Positions 10,500-22,807 of a stretch of 64,000 nucleotides of DNA are shown here, piece after piece. Below the pieces are notes generated by a model, which worked only from the letters and a program-made list of their open reading frames with translations, was not told the origin of the DNA and did not search any database. How positions within the stretch are numbered: position 1 is the stretch's first letter; each line of letters opens with the position of its first letter. Source of the DNA: an uncultured Acidobacteriota bacterium (GTDB taxonomy: Bacteria > Acidobacteriota > Polarisedimenticolia > J045); NCBI GenBank assembly GCA_963702425.1, contig CAVPCQ010000020.1, positions 1 to 64,000 of the forward strand. Direction: 5' to 3'. The translations under genes were made by a program, and so were the position numbers.

Positions 10500-10955
10500 T
10501 CAGGCCCCCAGTGCGCGGAACAGACGCAGCCACTCCTCGGGGAACGGCACCCGCTCGAAGCTCCCCGCGTCGACCGAAACGTGGACCGTCTGCACCAGCG
10601 CGGCGACCGCCCCCTCGGCGCGTTCGATCCGGTGGGCGACGACCGCCTCGGTCGGCGCCAGGCGCGCGAGCACCGGCCCGGCGACCAGCCGGTCGCCGAA
10701 GCGCAGCGGGGCGAGGTAGTCGGCCTCGGCGTGTCGGATCGGCGCCAGGTGACGGCCCTCGCGCAGGATCCGAGGCAGGTCCATCCCACCCGCGGCGAGC
10801 GTCGTCATGAAGGCGTCGTGGGCGTACTCGAAAAAGCGGGCGAAGAAGACCACCCCCGCGGCGTCGACGTCCTGCAGCCGGACCGCGAGCGGGTGGCGGT
10901 GGGCTCCGGCAGGCGCCGCCAGAATCTCCTCGCGCGAAAAGAGCGGGACCGGCAT
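10500..10955 (-). CDS. Hotdog-fold acyl-CoA thioesterase, probable DHNA-CoA hydrolase
   Basis: VRLQDVDAAGVVFFARFFEYAHDA, HAEADYLAPLRFGD, QTVHVSV; lies next to the men operon. Confidence 0.8.
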   Translation of the reverse strand: MPVPLFSREEILAAPAGAHRHPLAVRLQDVDAAGVVFFARFFEYAHDAFMTTLAAGGMDLPRILREGRHLAPIRHAEADYLAPLRFGDRLVAGPVLARLAPTEAVVAHRIERAEGAVAALVQTVHVSVDAGSFERVPFPEEWLRLFRALGA

Positions 10956-10972
10956 CGTCGTCTCCCGTGCCT

Positions 10973-11779
10973 TCAGCCGCCCGCGATTTCGCGCAGCACC
11001 TGCTCGACGAGGTCATGGAGCAGTGCGGCGAAGAGCGCGGGCTGATCGAGAAAGGGCCAGTGTCCGGAAGGTGCGATCGCGATCGTCGGCACGCCGGCGA
11101 GGCGCAGCAGCTCGTGCGAGCGGGCGCTCGCCCCGCCCGGGGCTCCGGCGACGTAGTACTTCGGCATCGGGAGCGCGGCGAGACGCGCCGCCAGATCCTC
11201 GGCGTGCGACAGCGCGACCAGGTCCAGCGAGTGGCGGTGGAAGACGCGCGGGTCGGCCAGCCGCAGGCTGGCGTAGTAGCCCCGCTGGGCCCGTTCCTTC
11301 CGGCCCATGCGGTAGACCGCCTCGCGCAGCCGCTCGAAGCCGCCGGCGAGGAACCCGTCCAGCGGCTCCGCCGCGGCCCGGCCGGAGAAGACGGCATCGG
11401 CCCCGGCCTTGTTCCCGTCGACGTCGATGAGCGCCCGGACCAGTTCCGGGTGGCGCTCGGCGAGCAGCTGGCCCAGCACGCCTCCCAGCGAGTGGCCGAC
11501 GATCACCGCCGGCTCGCCGCCACGGCGGCTCCAGAACGCGGCGAGCGCCTCCACCGTTTCGTCGATCGACAGGGCCCGATCCGGCCACGGGCTGCGCCCG
11601 TAGCCGGGCATGTCGGGGGCGACCTGGCGGTACGGCGCGAGCTCCGGCGCGGCCAGCAGCCCTTCGAACGAGAGACCGGACTCCCCGAGGCCGTGGACAT
11701 AGAGAATCGTCGCCGGCGCGCCGAGCGGCCGCGTCTCCCGCACGAACCAGCCGTGCTCGACCGACTGCAGCCAGCGCAC
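10973..11779 (-). CDS. Alpha/beta fold hydrolase
   Basis: VHGLGES, DMPGYGRS, GHSLGG, SGHWP; GGAG RBS upstream. Confidence 0.85.
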   Translation of the reverse strand: MRWLQSVEHGWFVRETRPLGAPATILYVHGLGESGLSFEGLLAAPELAPYRQVAPDMPGYGRSPWPDRALSIDETVEALAAFWSRRGGEPAVIVGHSLGGVLGQLLAERHPELVRALIDVDGNKAGADAVFSGRAAAEPLDGFLAGGFERLREAVYRMGRKERAQRGYYASLRLADPRVFHRHSLDLVALSHAEDLAARLAALPMPKYYVAGAPGGASARSHELLRLAGVPTIAIAPSGHWPFLDQPALFAALLHDLVEQVLREIAGG

Positions 11780-11799
11780 CGCTCCTCCCCGGAAGCGAC

Positions 11800-12624
11800 T
11801 CAGTACTGGATCAGCGACCCTTCCTGCTTGGCGCGCCGCACCGCGATCCGCGCTCCGAGCAGCCCGAGGGGCACCAGGACCGCGGAGAAGGCGAGCAGCG
11901 CCAGCAGGTCGGGGGCCAGGGTGGCGAGGTCGCGCCCCTGGAGCAGCGCTCCGCGCACCGCGTTGTTGGCGTAGTAGACCGGCACCAGGTTCGAGATCCA
12001 GCTGATCTGGGCCGGGAGCGCCTGCTGCGGGATGATCACGTTCCCGAACAGCAGCGAGAGCGAGGAGATGACGAATTCGAGCGGATTGCCGCGCTTGAAG
12101 TAGAGCACGAAGCCGGCCGAGAGGATCCCGATCCCCGACAGCGCGAGCGACGTCAGGACGACGGCCAGCACCGCGCCCACCAGGCTGCCGAGCTCGAGCC
12201 GCACGCCGAACACGAAGACACCGAAGACCAGGTACGCCGCAGCCTGCAGGCCGGCGTAGAGGTAGCTGTAGGCCGACGAGGCCAGCACGACGTGGCCGAG
12301 CCGGGCCGGCGTGACGAGCATCGCCTCGAGCGTGCCGGTCGCCTGCTCGGAACGGATCGACGAGCTGAAGGAGTGGAGCGCGACGTCGAGGAAGCGGTTC
12401 ACCATCAGCCCGACGAGCGCGAAGCTGTAGTAGTCGAGGCCCCCGGTCTGGGAAGACAGGCGCGCCGGATCGGCCGACGAGGTGATGAAGCGCGCCATGA
12501 AGTACCAGACGGTGGCGCTGACGAACAGCCCGATCGCCGAGAGGACAAAGGCCAGCCGGTAGGAGATCTCGGTCTGGAGGTCGCGCATCAGGAACGCCCA
12601 GACGGTGCGCGGGAAGTTCCTCAC
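11800..12624 (-). CDS. ABC-2 type exporter permease
   Basis: Multi-TM protein with EQATGTLEAMLVTP; GTGA overlap with the ATPase stop. Confidence 0.85.
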   Translation of the reverse strand: MRNFPRTVWAFLMRDLQTEISYRLAFVLSAIGLFVSATVWYFMARFITSSADPARLSSQTGGLDYYSFALVGLMVNRFLDVALHSFSSSIRSEQATGTLEAMLVTPARLGHVVLASSAYSYLYAGLQAAAYLVFGVFVFGVRLELGSLVGAVLAVVLTSLALSGIGILSAGFVLYFKRGNPLEFVISSLSLLFGNVIIPQQALPAQISWISNLVPVYYANNAVRGALLQGRDLATLAPDLLALLAFSAVLVPLGLLGARIAVRRAKQEGSLIQY

Positions 12625-13682
12625 GGCGTTCCTCGCTTCGCAGCCGCCGCGGCGGCCGGTCCGGCGCCGGTCTCCCGCTCCTCGACCAGCTCGCGGAAGA
12701 CGGTCTCGAGCTCGGGCTCCTCCGGTTCGGCCGCCAGGACCCGCGCCCCGACCGCGCCCAGTTCCTTCAGAACTGGGTCGAGCCCGGCGTCGTCCTTGGC
12801 CAGCCGCACGAGCAGTTCGACGGCGCCGTCGTCGGCGTCCTTCCGCGCGAGCACCTCGCCGGCGGCCAGCGCGGCCGGCACCGTCCCGGCGAGCCGCAGG
12901 CGATAGACGATCCCGCCCAGCCCGCGGTGCCGCAGCTCCTCGGGCGTCCCCTCGGCGCGCAGCTCCCCCCTGGCGATCACCAGCACGCGATCGCACAGCT
13001 CCTCCGCCTCGCGCAGGTTGTGTGTGGCGAGCAGGATCGTCTTGCCGTCGCGGTGGTGCAGCTCCTCGCGGATCCACTCGCGCTGGACCGCGGCGCTGAC
13101 CGGGTCGAGGCTGCGCGTCGGTTCGTCCATCAGCACGACCGGCGGATCGGCCAGGAGGGCCCGGGCGATCGCCAGCCGCTGCTTCATGCCCGACGAGAAG
13201 TCGGAGAAGCGACGGTTGGCGTCGGCCGACAGCTGGACCTTCTCCAGCAGCGCGGCGACCCGGGCCGTGCGGGCGGACCCGGCCAGGCCGTGCAGGCGTG
13301 CGAAGAAGTCGAGGTTCTCGCGCGCGGTCAGGCGCCAGTAGAACGACCGCTCGTCGCCGTGAACGAGCCCGAGCTGGTCCGGAAGGCGCGGATCGCCGGC
13401 GGGCACGCCGAACAGCTCCGCACGACCGCTCTCGGGCAGCACGAGCCCGCAGAGGATCTTCAGGAGCGTCGTCTTCCCGGCCCCGTTCGGCCCGAGCAGA
13501 CCGACCAGCGCACCCTCCTGCACCGTGAAATCGATCCCGCGCAGCGCCTCCACGCGCTCCGGGCGCCGGAAGGGCGCGCGCGCGATCTCCTTGATCGGCC
13601 GCCTGCGCGGGAAGGACTTGACCAGGCCGGCCACGACGACGGCGGCACGGGGGGCGGGTTGCGCGGGGCGGCTCGGGCTCAC
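12621..13682 (-). CDS. ABC exporter ATP-binding protein
   Basis: GPNGAGKTT, FSSGMKQR, LMDEPT, ATHN; GTG start at 13682 is an estimate. Confidence 0.88.
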   Translation of the reverse strand: MSPSRPAQPAPRAAVVVAGLVKSFPRRRPIKEIARAPFRRPERVEALRGIDFTVQEGALVGLLGPNGAGKTTLLKILCGLVLPESGRAELFGVPAGDPRLPDQLGLVHGDERSFYWRLTARENLDFFARLHGLAGSARTARVAALLEKVQLSADANRRFSDFSSGMKQRLAIARALLADPPVVLMDEPTRSLDPVSAAVQREWIREELHHRDGKTILLATHNLREAEELCDRVLVIARGELRAEGTPEELRHRGLGGIVYRLRLAGTVPAALAAGEVLARKDADDGAVELLVRLAKDDAGLDPVLKELGAVGARVLAAEPEEPELETVFRELVEERETGAGPAAAAAAKRGTP

Positions 13683-13734
13683 GGAGCGCAAGGATATCGA
13701 AATTCCGGCGCGCCGCGATGCCGCGCCGGGCCCC

Positions 13735-13761
13735 GCGCACATGTCGGCGCACATGTCGGCG
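13735..13761. repeat. Tandem 12 bp direct repeat GCGCACATGTCG x2.25 in a divergent promoter region
   Basis: Read directly: gcgcacatgtcg-gcgcacatgtcg-gcg, each unit with an ACATGT palindrome. Confidence 0.8.
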
Positions 13762-13769
13762 ACGCACCG

Positions 13770-13798
13770 TTGCCCTTTCCGCCGCGGTCGACTACCAT
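13770..13798 (+). promoter_or_regulatory. Sigma70-like promoter of the kdsB-pyrG-kdsA-kdsD operon
   Basis: TTGCCC-17 nt-TACCAT upstream of a GGAGGA RBS. Confidence 0.6.
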
Positions 13799-13811
13799 CC
13801 CGCGCTGTTGA

Positions 13812-17121
<3,310 letters not shown>

Positions 17122-17125
<4 letters not shown>

Positions 17126-18078
17126 GGCACGCCGAGGGGCGGCGCGTGATCGAGGCCGAGGCGCGGGCGCTCGCCGCGCTCGCTCAACGGCTTGGCCCCG
17201 TCTTCGACGACGCGGTCGAAGCGATCCTCGGTTGCCGCGGGCGGGTCGTGTTGACCGGAATGGGCAAGAGCGGCCTCGTCGCGCGCAAGATCGCGGCCAC
17301 GCTCGCCTCGACCGGCACGCCGGCGCTGTTCCTCCACCCGGCCGAAGCGATCCACGGCGACCTCGGGATGATCGTCAAGGGAGACGTCGTGATCGCGCTC
17401 TCGCAGAGCGGCGAAACGGCCGAGATCCTCGGCGTGGTGGAAACGGTCCGGCGGCTCCAGGGAACGCTGCTCGTGATGACCGGCCGCGCCGGGTCGACCC
17501 TCGGCCGCGAGGCCGACCTGCTGCTCGACACCTCCGTGGCGGAGGAAGGCTGCCCCCTCGGCCTGGCGCCGATGGCGAGCACCACCGCGATGGCCGCGCT
17601 CGGCGATGCCCTGGCCGCGGCGCTGATGGTCGCGAAGGGCTTCTCCGAGGAGGATTTCGCGCGGCTCCACCCGGGCGGCCGCCTGGGCCGCAGGCTGGCC
17701 CGCGTGCGCCAGTTCATGCACACCGGGGAGGCCGTGCCGCGCGTCGGACCGACGACCACGATGGGTGAGGTCGTGCTCGAGATGAGCCGCAAGCGGCTGG
17801 GGTCGACGGCCGTCGTGGACGAGGCCGGCCGGCTGCTCGGGATCGTGACCGACGGCGACCTCCGTCGCCTGCTGCAGCGCGACGCGACCCCGCTCGACCG
17901 CACCGCGGTGGAGGCGATGACCGCCCGGCCGACCACGATCGGGGCCGACGCGCTGGCCTCGGCGGCCCTGGCGCTGATGGAGGAGCGGAAGATCACGATG
18001 CTCCCCGTCGTGGCCGCGGACGGAACGCTGGAGGGGATCGTGCAGATCCACGATCTCTGGGGCACGCAGCTCTTCTGA
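17122..18078 (+). CDS. kdsD: Arabinose-5-phosphate isomerase (SIS + 2 CBS)
   Basis: [33 protein letters not shown]. Confidence 0.95.
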
Positions 18079-18100
18079 CGCCCGGGCCGGCCCGCAGCCG

Positions 18101-18129
18101 GTCGCGTTTCCGTCGCGTTTTGGTATCGT
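18101..18129 (+). promoter_or_regulatory. Candidate internal promoter with 11 bp-period direct repeats, upstream of kdsC-lapA-lapB
   Basis: GTCGCGTTT at 18101 and 18112, followed by extended -10 TGgTATCGT ending 7 nt before ATG 18137. Confidence 0.45.
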
Positions 18130-18136
18130 GGGCCAC

Positions 18137-18646
18137 ATGGACCGGACCGGTCTCATGCAGCACGCCGCCCGGGTGCAGCTCCTGCTCTCGGACGTCGATG
18201 GAACCCTGACCGACGGGTTTCTCTACTACGTCGGCGAGGAGGTCGGGCTGCGCTTCTCGGTGCGCGACGGCCTCGGGCTCGTGCTGGCACGACGCGCCGG
18301 GCTCGTCACCGGCGTCGTCTCGATGCGCGGCACCGCGTCCGTCCGCCACCGCGCGGAGGACCTCCGGCTCGACGAGGTCCACCTCGCGGTCGAGGACAAG
18401 GCGGCGGTGCTGCGCGAGATCCTGGCGCGGCGGGCGATCCCGCGCGAGGCGGCCTGCTACGTCGGGGACGATCTCAACGACCTCCCCGCCTTTGCCGAGG
18501 TCGGGCTTCCGGTCGCCGTCGCCGACGCGGCGGAGGAGGTCCGGCGCGCGGCATCGTTCGTCACCGGGCGGCCGGGGGGCGCCGGGGCCGTGCGGGAGGT
18601 GGTCGACCTCCTGCTCGCGGCGCGGGCCGGCAGGGAGCCGTCATGA
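18137..18646 (+). CDS. kdsC: Kdo-8-phosphate phosphatase (HAD family)
   Basis: DVDGTLTDG, FSVRDG-G, YVGDDLND, GGAGAVREV. Confidence 0.92.
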   Translation: MDRTGLMQHAARVQLLLSDVDGTLTDGFLYYVGEEVGLRFSVRDGLGLVLARRAGLVTGVVSMRGTASVRHRAEDLRLDEVHLAVEDKAAVLREILARRAIPREAACYVGDDLNDLPAFAEVGLPVAVADAAEEVRRAASFVTGRPGGAGAVREVVDLLLAARAGREPS

Positions 18647-19014
18647 GGGTCCTGATCTTTCTCCTCGCCGCGGGTTTCGCGATCGTCGTGCTCTGGGTGG
18701 CGCTGGCCAATGCCGGCCAGGAGGTCACGCTCACGCTCGGCGCGGGCGGAGTGACGCGGACCCTCTCGATGGCCGAGGTGATCTTCGGCAGCGTGCTGGC
18801 CGGGGTCTTCTTCATCGGCCTGCTCGCCGTGGTCGAGGGGATCACGCTCCGGGTCGAGAACCTGCGGCTGAAGCGGCGCCTGCACCAGCTCGAGGAGGAG
18901 ATCCTCGACCTGCGCAATCTCGCGATCTCCGGCACCGGTGCGCTGTCGTCGGGGCGCGGCGCCGACGCCGTTCCGGCCTCCTCGAACGTGCTCCTTCCCG
19001 ACGACGAGCCATGA
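18643..19014 (+). CDS. lapA: LapA family membrane protein
   Basis: Two TM segments with an intervening N...V-L motif, then a coiled coil; directly upstream of a LapB-like gene. Confidence 0.7.
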   Translation: MRVLIFLLAAGFAIVVLWVALANAGQEVTLTLGAGGVTRTLSMAEVIFGSVLAGVFFIGLLAVVEGITLRVENLRLKRRLHQLEEEILDLRNLAISGTGALSSGRGADAVPASSNVLLPDDEP

Positions 19015-20171
19015 GCGCGCTGCTGCTGCTGTTCGCCTTTCTCGCCGGGGTGATGGTCAGCGTCCTCGTCACCTCGCTGGTGGTGCATCTGCGCCCGGTG
19101 CGCGATGCCGGCGGCCCGTCGCGGAGGCTCGCCGAGCGCGCGATCGCGGAGATCGTCGCCGAGGATCACCCCGCGGCCGCCGCGGCGCTGCGGCACGCGG
19201 TCGAGGACGGGCCCGGCGAGCAGGACCTCTACCTGCTGCTGGCCGACCAGCAGCTTCGCGCCGGCGACGCCGCGCGCGCCGCACGCACGCTGGAGGTGCT
19301 CCTCGCCCGGCGCGACCTCCCCGACCGCAGCCGCGCCGCCGCGCTGCTCCTGCGTGCGAGGGGCCTCGAACGCGCCGGCGATCTCGAAGCGGCACTCGCC
19401 GGCTGCGAACAGGCGGCGGCGGCGGCGCGCGACTGGGCGCCGCCGCTGGTCGCGCTCGAGCAGCTGCAGACGCGCCTTGGCCGGCTGCGCGACGCGGTGG
19501 CGACCGGCGGGCGGCTGGCCGCGATCGACCGCGAGCGGGGTCGGGTGTTCTCCGCGCGGAGGCGGGTGCTGCTGGCGCGCGAACTGCTCGCGGACGGGCT
19601 GCCGCGGGAGGCCGCGCGCGAGGCCGAGCGCGCCTTGGAGGAGTCGCATCCGCTGCCGGCGGCCGAGATGGCCCTCGGCGACGCGCTGTACCAGTCGCGG
19701 GACGCCAAGCGCGCGCGCGAGGCGTGGCTGCGCGCGGCGCACGAAGCGCCGGCCCTGGCGCCGCTCGTCGTCGACCGGCTCGAGGACCTGGAGGGCCCGT
19801 CAGGCGGGCGCGACGCGGCCCGCCAGTTCGCACGCGAGGCACTGTCGCGCGATCCCGAGGGCCCGGCTGCGTGGCGGCTGGCGGGATGGCTGGCCGACGA
19901 CGCGTTGCGTCGCGGGCAGGTCGCGGAGGCGCGCGGCGCCGTGGAACGGATCGAGCAGCTCGCGCCGCGCTCGTCCGCGGTCCCGCGGCTGCGTGGACGG
20001 CTGGCGCTGCTCGAGGACGGGACGACGAGCCGCGCGCTGGTCGCGCTGCGGACGCACTGGGAAGGGACCGGCGGCTGGGGCGACCCGTGGCGCTGTCAGC
20101 GCTGCGGGTTCGGCGTCGCCGACTTCGAATGGCGGTGCCCTTCGTGTCGCGCCTGGGAATCGCTGGCGTAG
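19011..20171 (+). CDS. lapB: LapB/YciM-like LPS assembly protein (TM anchor, TPRs, rubredoxin-like domain)
   Basis: N-terminal TM, TPR-like helices, C-terminal WRCQRCG...WRCPSCRAWESL. Confidence 0.78.
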   Translation: MSALLLLFAFLAGVMVSVLVTSLVVHLRPVRDAGGPSRRLAERAIAEIVAEDHPAAAAALRHAVEDGPGEQDLYLLLADQQLRAGDAARAARTLEVLLARRDLPDRSRAAALLLRARGLERAGDLEAALAGCEQAAAAARDWAPPLVALEQLQTRLGRLRDAVATGGRLAAIDRERGRVFSARRRVLLARELLADGLPREAAREAERALEESHPLPAAEMALGDALYQSRDAKRAREAWLRAAHEAPALAPLVVDRLEDLEGPSGGRDAARQFAREALSRDPEGPAAWRLAGWLADDALRRGQVAEARGAVERIEQLAPRSSAVPRLRGRLALLEDGTTSRALVALRTHWEGTGGWGDPWRCQRCGFGVADFEWRCPSCRAWESLA

Positions 20172-20175
20172 CGGG

Positions 20176-22767
20176 CTAGAGCAGGTTGAGCTGCGCTTCG
20201 ATCGCCGACAGTCGCTGCGGCGCGACGAGGTCGCGCACCATCGCCAGCTCCTCGCGGACCAGCCCTCCCAGCGGCTCGGCCGGCGCGCCGTCCCAGCGGT
20301 CGCGGAGCGCGCACGCGAGCGCTTCGCGATCGAACACGCCGTTGCGGTCGAGCACGATCCCATCGAACGGTACCCCGGCCGGTCCCATCCGGCGGACGCA
20401 GGCGACCACCAGGTTTCTCACCGCGGCGCCGATCTCGAGCCGCAGCTGCTGGTACACGAGCGCATGCCGGCGGTTGAACCCCTCGACCGCGTCGAGCAGT
20501 TCGGGCGACGGAGGCAGCGGGGGCGGCATCGCCAGCGGACCGTCCTCCGCCCCGCCGCGCGCGGCGCGCTCGGCAGCCAGGAGCCGGGCCTCGGCCCCGA
20601 AAACGGCACTGGTCAGCGGACCGGTCGGCGAATGCTCGGCCTGGGCCATCTCCTCGGCCGTGAGCGGCTCCCACGGGAGATCTGTGGAGGCCGGGACCGG
20701 AACCGCCGGGGTCGAGACGGCCAGTGGGCCGGTCAACTCGGCCTCGCTCCACGGCATCGGCTCCCAGGCAGCCTCGCTGGTCAGAGACGAAGGGGGTGGC
20801 TCGAGAGCCGCTGCGGGCTCGGGCTCAGGCAGGGTTACGGAGACCGAGGCCGGCTCGAGTACTTCCGGGGTCGGCTCGCCGGCCGGTGCCGCCAGGGGGG
20901 CGAAGAACGCCTCCTGGTAGCCCTCGATCGGCGTGGCGGAAGGCTCGCCCAACTCCAGCGGGAGCGAGGTCGCGAGGGCCCCCGGGTCCGGATACTCGTC
21001 GAGCGGCGGCGGCTCGGGTTCCTCGTCGCCGGGTGTGGCGAGCTCGAATGCCGCCTCCAGCCAGGCCGGCGTAGCCGGGATCTCGGTCGCGGTGCCGCCG
21101 AACAGCTCGGGTGCGAGATCGGCGGCGGAGCGTGGCGGGGTCGCGGCCTCGGGCGCCGCGGGAAGCTCGGCGGCCACGGGGAGCGCGGGGCCGGGCGGCT
21201 CGATGGCGGGTTCCGCGAGTCCGAACGGCTCGGTCGCGGGCTCCGGCGCCCGCTCGCCGACCTCGTCGGCGGGCGCGGTCGCAGCCGGCTCCGGCCGCTC
21301 GATCACGCGTGCGGCATCGAGGGCGCACAGCAGCCGGCAGATCTCGAAGTCGGCGTCCGGGCGCGCGGCGAGGATCTCGTTCACGGTGCGCGGCTCGGCC
21401 AGCAGTGCCACGACGTCCCACATTGCGGGCCGGAGGGTCATCCGGTCCAGGCGGTCGAGGTAGTCGGGCCGCAGCCGGAAACGGGTCTCGGTGGAGCCGA
21501 GGCGCTCGAAGATCCGCTGCCACGCGGTGAGCGACTCCCACGCCGAAACGACGAGGTCCTCGGGGGCGATCCCCAGCAGGATCGACTCGTCGACCGTCAC
21601 ATCGGGCTCGATCTCGTACTCGCCGGCGTCCCAGAGCACGAGGCCGCGCGCAACGGACATGACCTGCTCGCGCACGAACCGATCGACGTCCTCCGGGAGC
21701 AGCACGCCGCGCTCGGCGAGCAGCATCCCCATCCGCTTGCCGGTGATCAGCTGGCGTACCGCTTCATCCTGGTCCCGGTCGGAGATCACGCCCCGCCGCA
21801 CGAGGTGCGCCGCGAGGCTCTGTTCCTGGTCCGAGGTCGAGGCGAACTCGACGCGGCCGTCGCGCAGGAAGAGGGCCCCTTCCTCCGCATCCCGGAAAAG
21901 CCGCAGGGTCCCGCTGAAGCGCCGATCGGCGAGGTCGAGCAGCAGGCCGCCGATCCCCGCCTTGCCGATCAGCCCCTCCTGATCGGACGCGGCCGGGTTG
22001 CCCAGCGCGCGGCGATCGACGCGATCGACGCGCCCCGTGATGTAGAGCGCCCAGATTGCGCGATAGATGTCGTGCGTCGGCGCGTAGACCGCGCTGCAGA
22101 GCTGGTCGACGCGCAGCGGCAGCTGCAACTGCTCGAGAATCAGGCGCTCGGTCAGGCCCAGCCCCAGGGCGTCGTCGCGCGAAGCGGGGGTTGCGCGGTA
22201 GACCGCGCGGCTGCCGCCGACGACCCGGCGCACCCAGTTCCAGTCCCGCACCCGCCGCGTACCGGCGAGGATCAGATCCTCGATCGCGAGGTCGAGCGTG
22301 ATCGTTTCGTGGACCGGCAGCGCCGCGCGCGTCACGCGCCAGCTCCCGTCGCGCCAGGCGAAGACCGAGAGCGCGATCTCGCGTACCTGCTCCTGCACCG
22401 CCCGCGGCAGCGCCGACGGGGCGAGGAAGCCCAGCTCGACCAGCGTTTCACCGAGCCGGCGTCCCCCGTCGAGCCGTTCGTCGGCCTCGAGCAGCGCGCC
22501 GAGCCGGACCTCTCCGCGGCGCAGCAGGAACGGGCCGAGCTGGTCCTCCGGGTCGCCGGAGGTCGCGAACACGACGCGCCCCTCACGCAGCACGAGGGTC
22601 TTGGTCACCCCCTGCCGCTCGAGCACCACGGCCCCCGTGTGCTGCTCGTGCGCCAGGCGCCAGAGCAGTTCGGGCACGGTGATCCCCTCGAGACGCCCCT
22701 CAGGGGCGATCCTCGCGTGGACGGGATCTCCTCCGGTCACCTTCACCTCACCGACGAGCAGTTCCAT
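20176..22767 (-). CDS. Tandem DUF4388-like domain protein with a Pro/Glu-rich linker and a C-terminal helical domain
   Basis: Two related units (G-L...L..L....TG-L.L...G-V-FA-S...LG..L) followed by a low-complexity acidic linker. Confidence 0.7.
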   Translation of the reverse strand: MELLVGEVKVTGGDPVHARIAPEGRLEGITVPELLWRLAHEQHTGAVVLERQGVTKTLVLREGRVVFATSGDPEDQLGPFLLRRGEVRLGALLEADERLDGGRRLGETLVELGFLAPSALPRAVQEQVREIALSVFAWRDGSWRVTRAALPVHETITLDLAIEDLILAGTRRVRDWNWVRRVVGGSRAVYRATPASRDDALGLGLTERLILEQLQLPLRVDQLCSAVYAPTHDIYRAIWALYITGRVDRVDRRALGNPAASDQEGLIGKAGIGGLLLDLADRRFSGTLRLFRDAEEGALFLRDGRVEFASTSDQEQSLAAHLVRRGVISDRDQDEAVRQLITGKRMGMLLAERGVLLPEDVDRFVREQVMSVARGLVLWDAGEYEIEPDVTVDESILLGIAPEDLVVSAWESLTAWQRIFERLGSTETRFRLRPDYLDRLDRMTLRPAMWDVVALLAEPRTVNEILAARPDADFEICRLLCALDAARVIERPEPAATAPADEVGERAPEPATEPFGLAEPAIEPPGPALPVAAELPAAPEAATPPRSAADLAPELFGGTATEIPATPAWLEAAFELATPGDEEPEPPPLDEYPDPGALATSLPLELGEPSATPIEGYQEAFFAPLAAPAGEPTPEVLEPASVSVTLPEPEPAAALEPPPSSLTSEAAWEPMPWSEAELTGPLAVSTPAVPVPASTDLPWEPLTAEEMAQAEHSPTGPLTSAVFGAEARLLAAERAARGGAEDGPLAMPPPLPPSPELLDAVEGFNRRHALVYQQLRLEIGAAVRNLVVACVRRMGPAGVPFDGIVLDRNGVFDREALACALRDRWDGAPAEPLGGLVREELAMVRDLVAPQRLSAIEAQLNLL

Positions 22768-22807
22768 GAAGGAGAATCTGTTCCCCGAGGGTGGTCAAGG
22801 CCATCTC

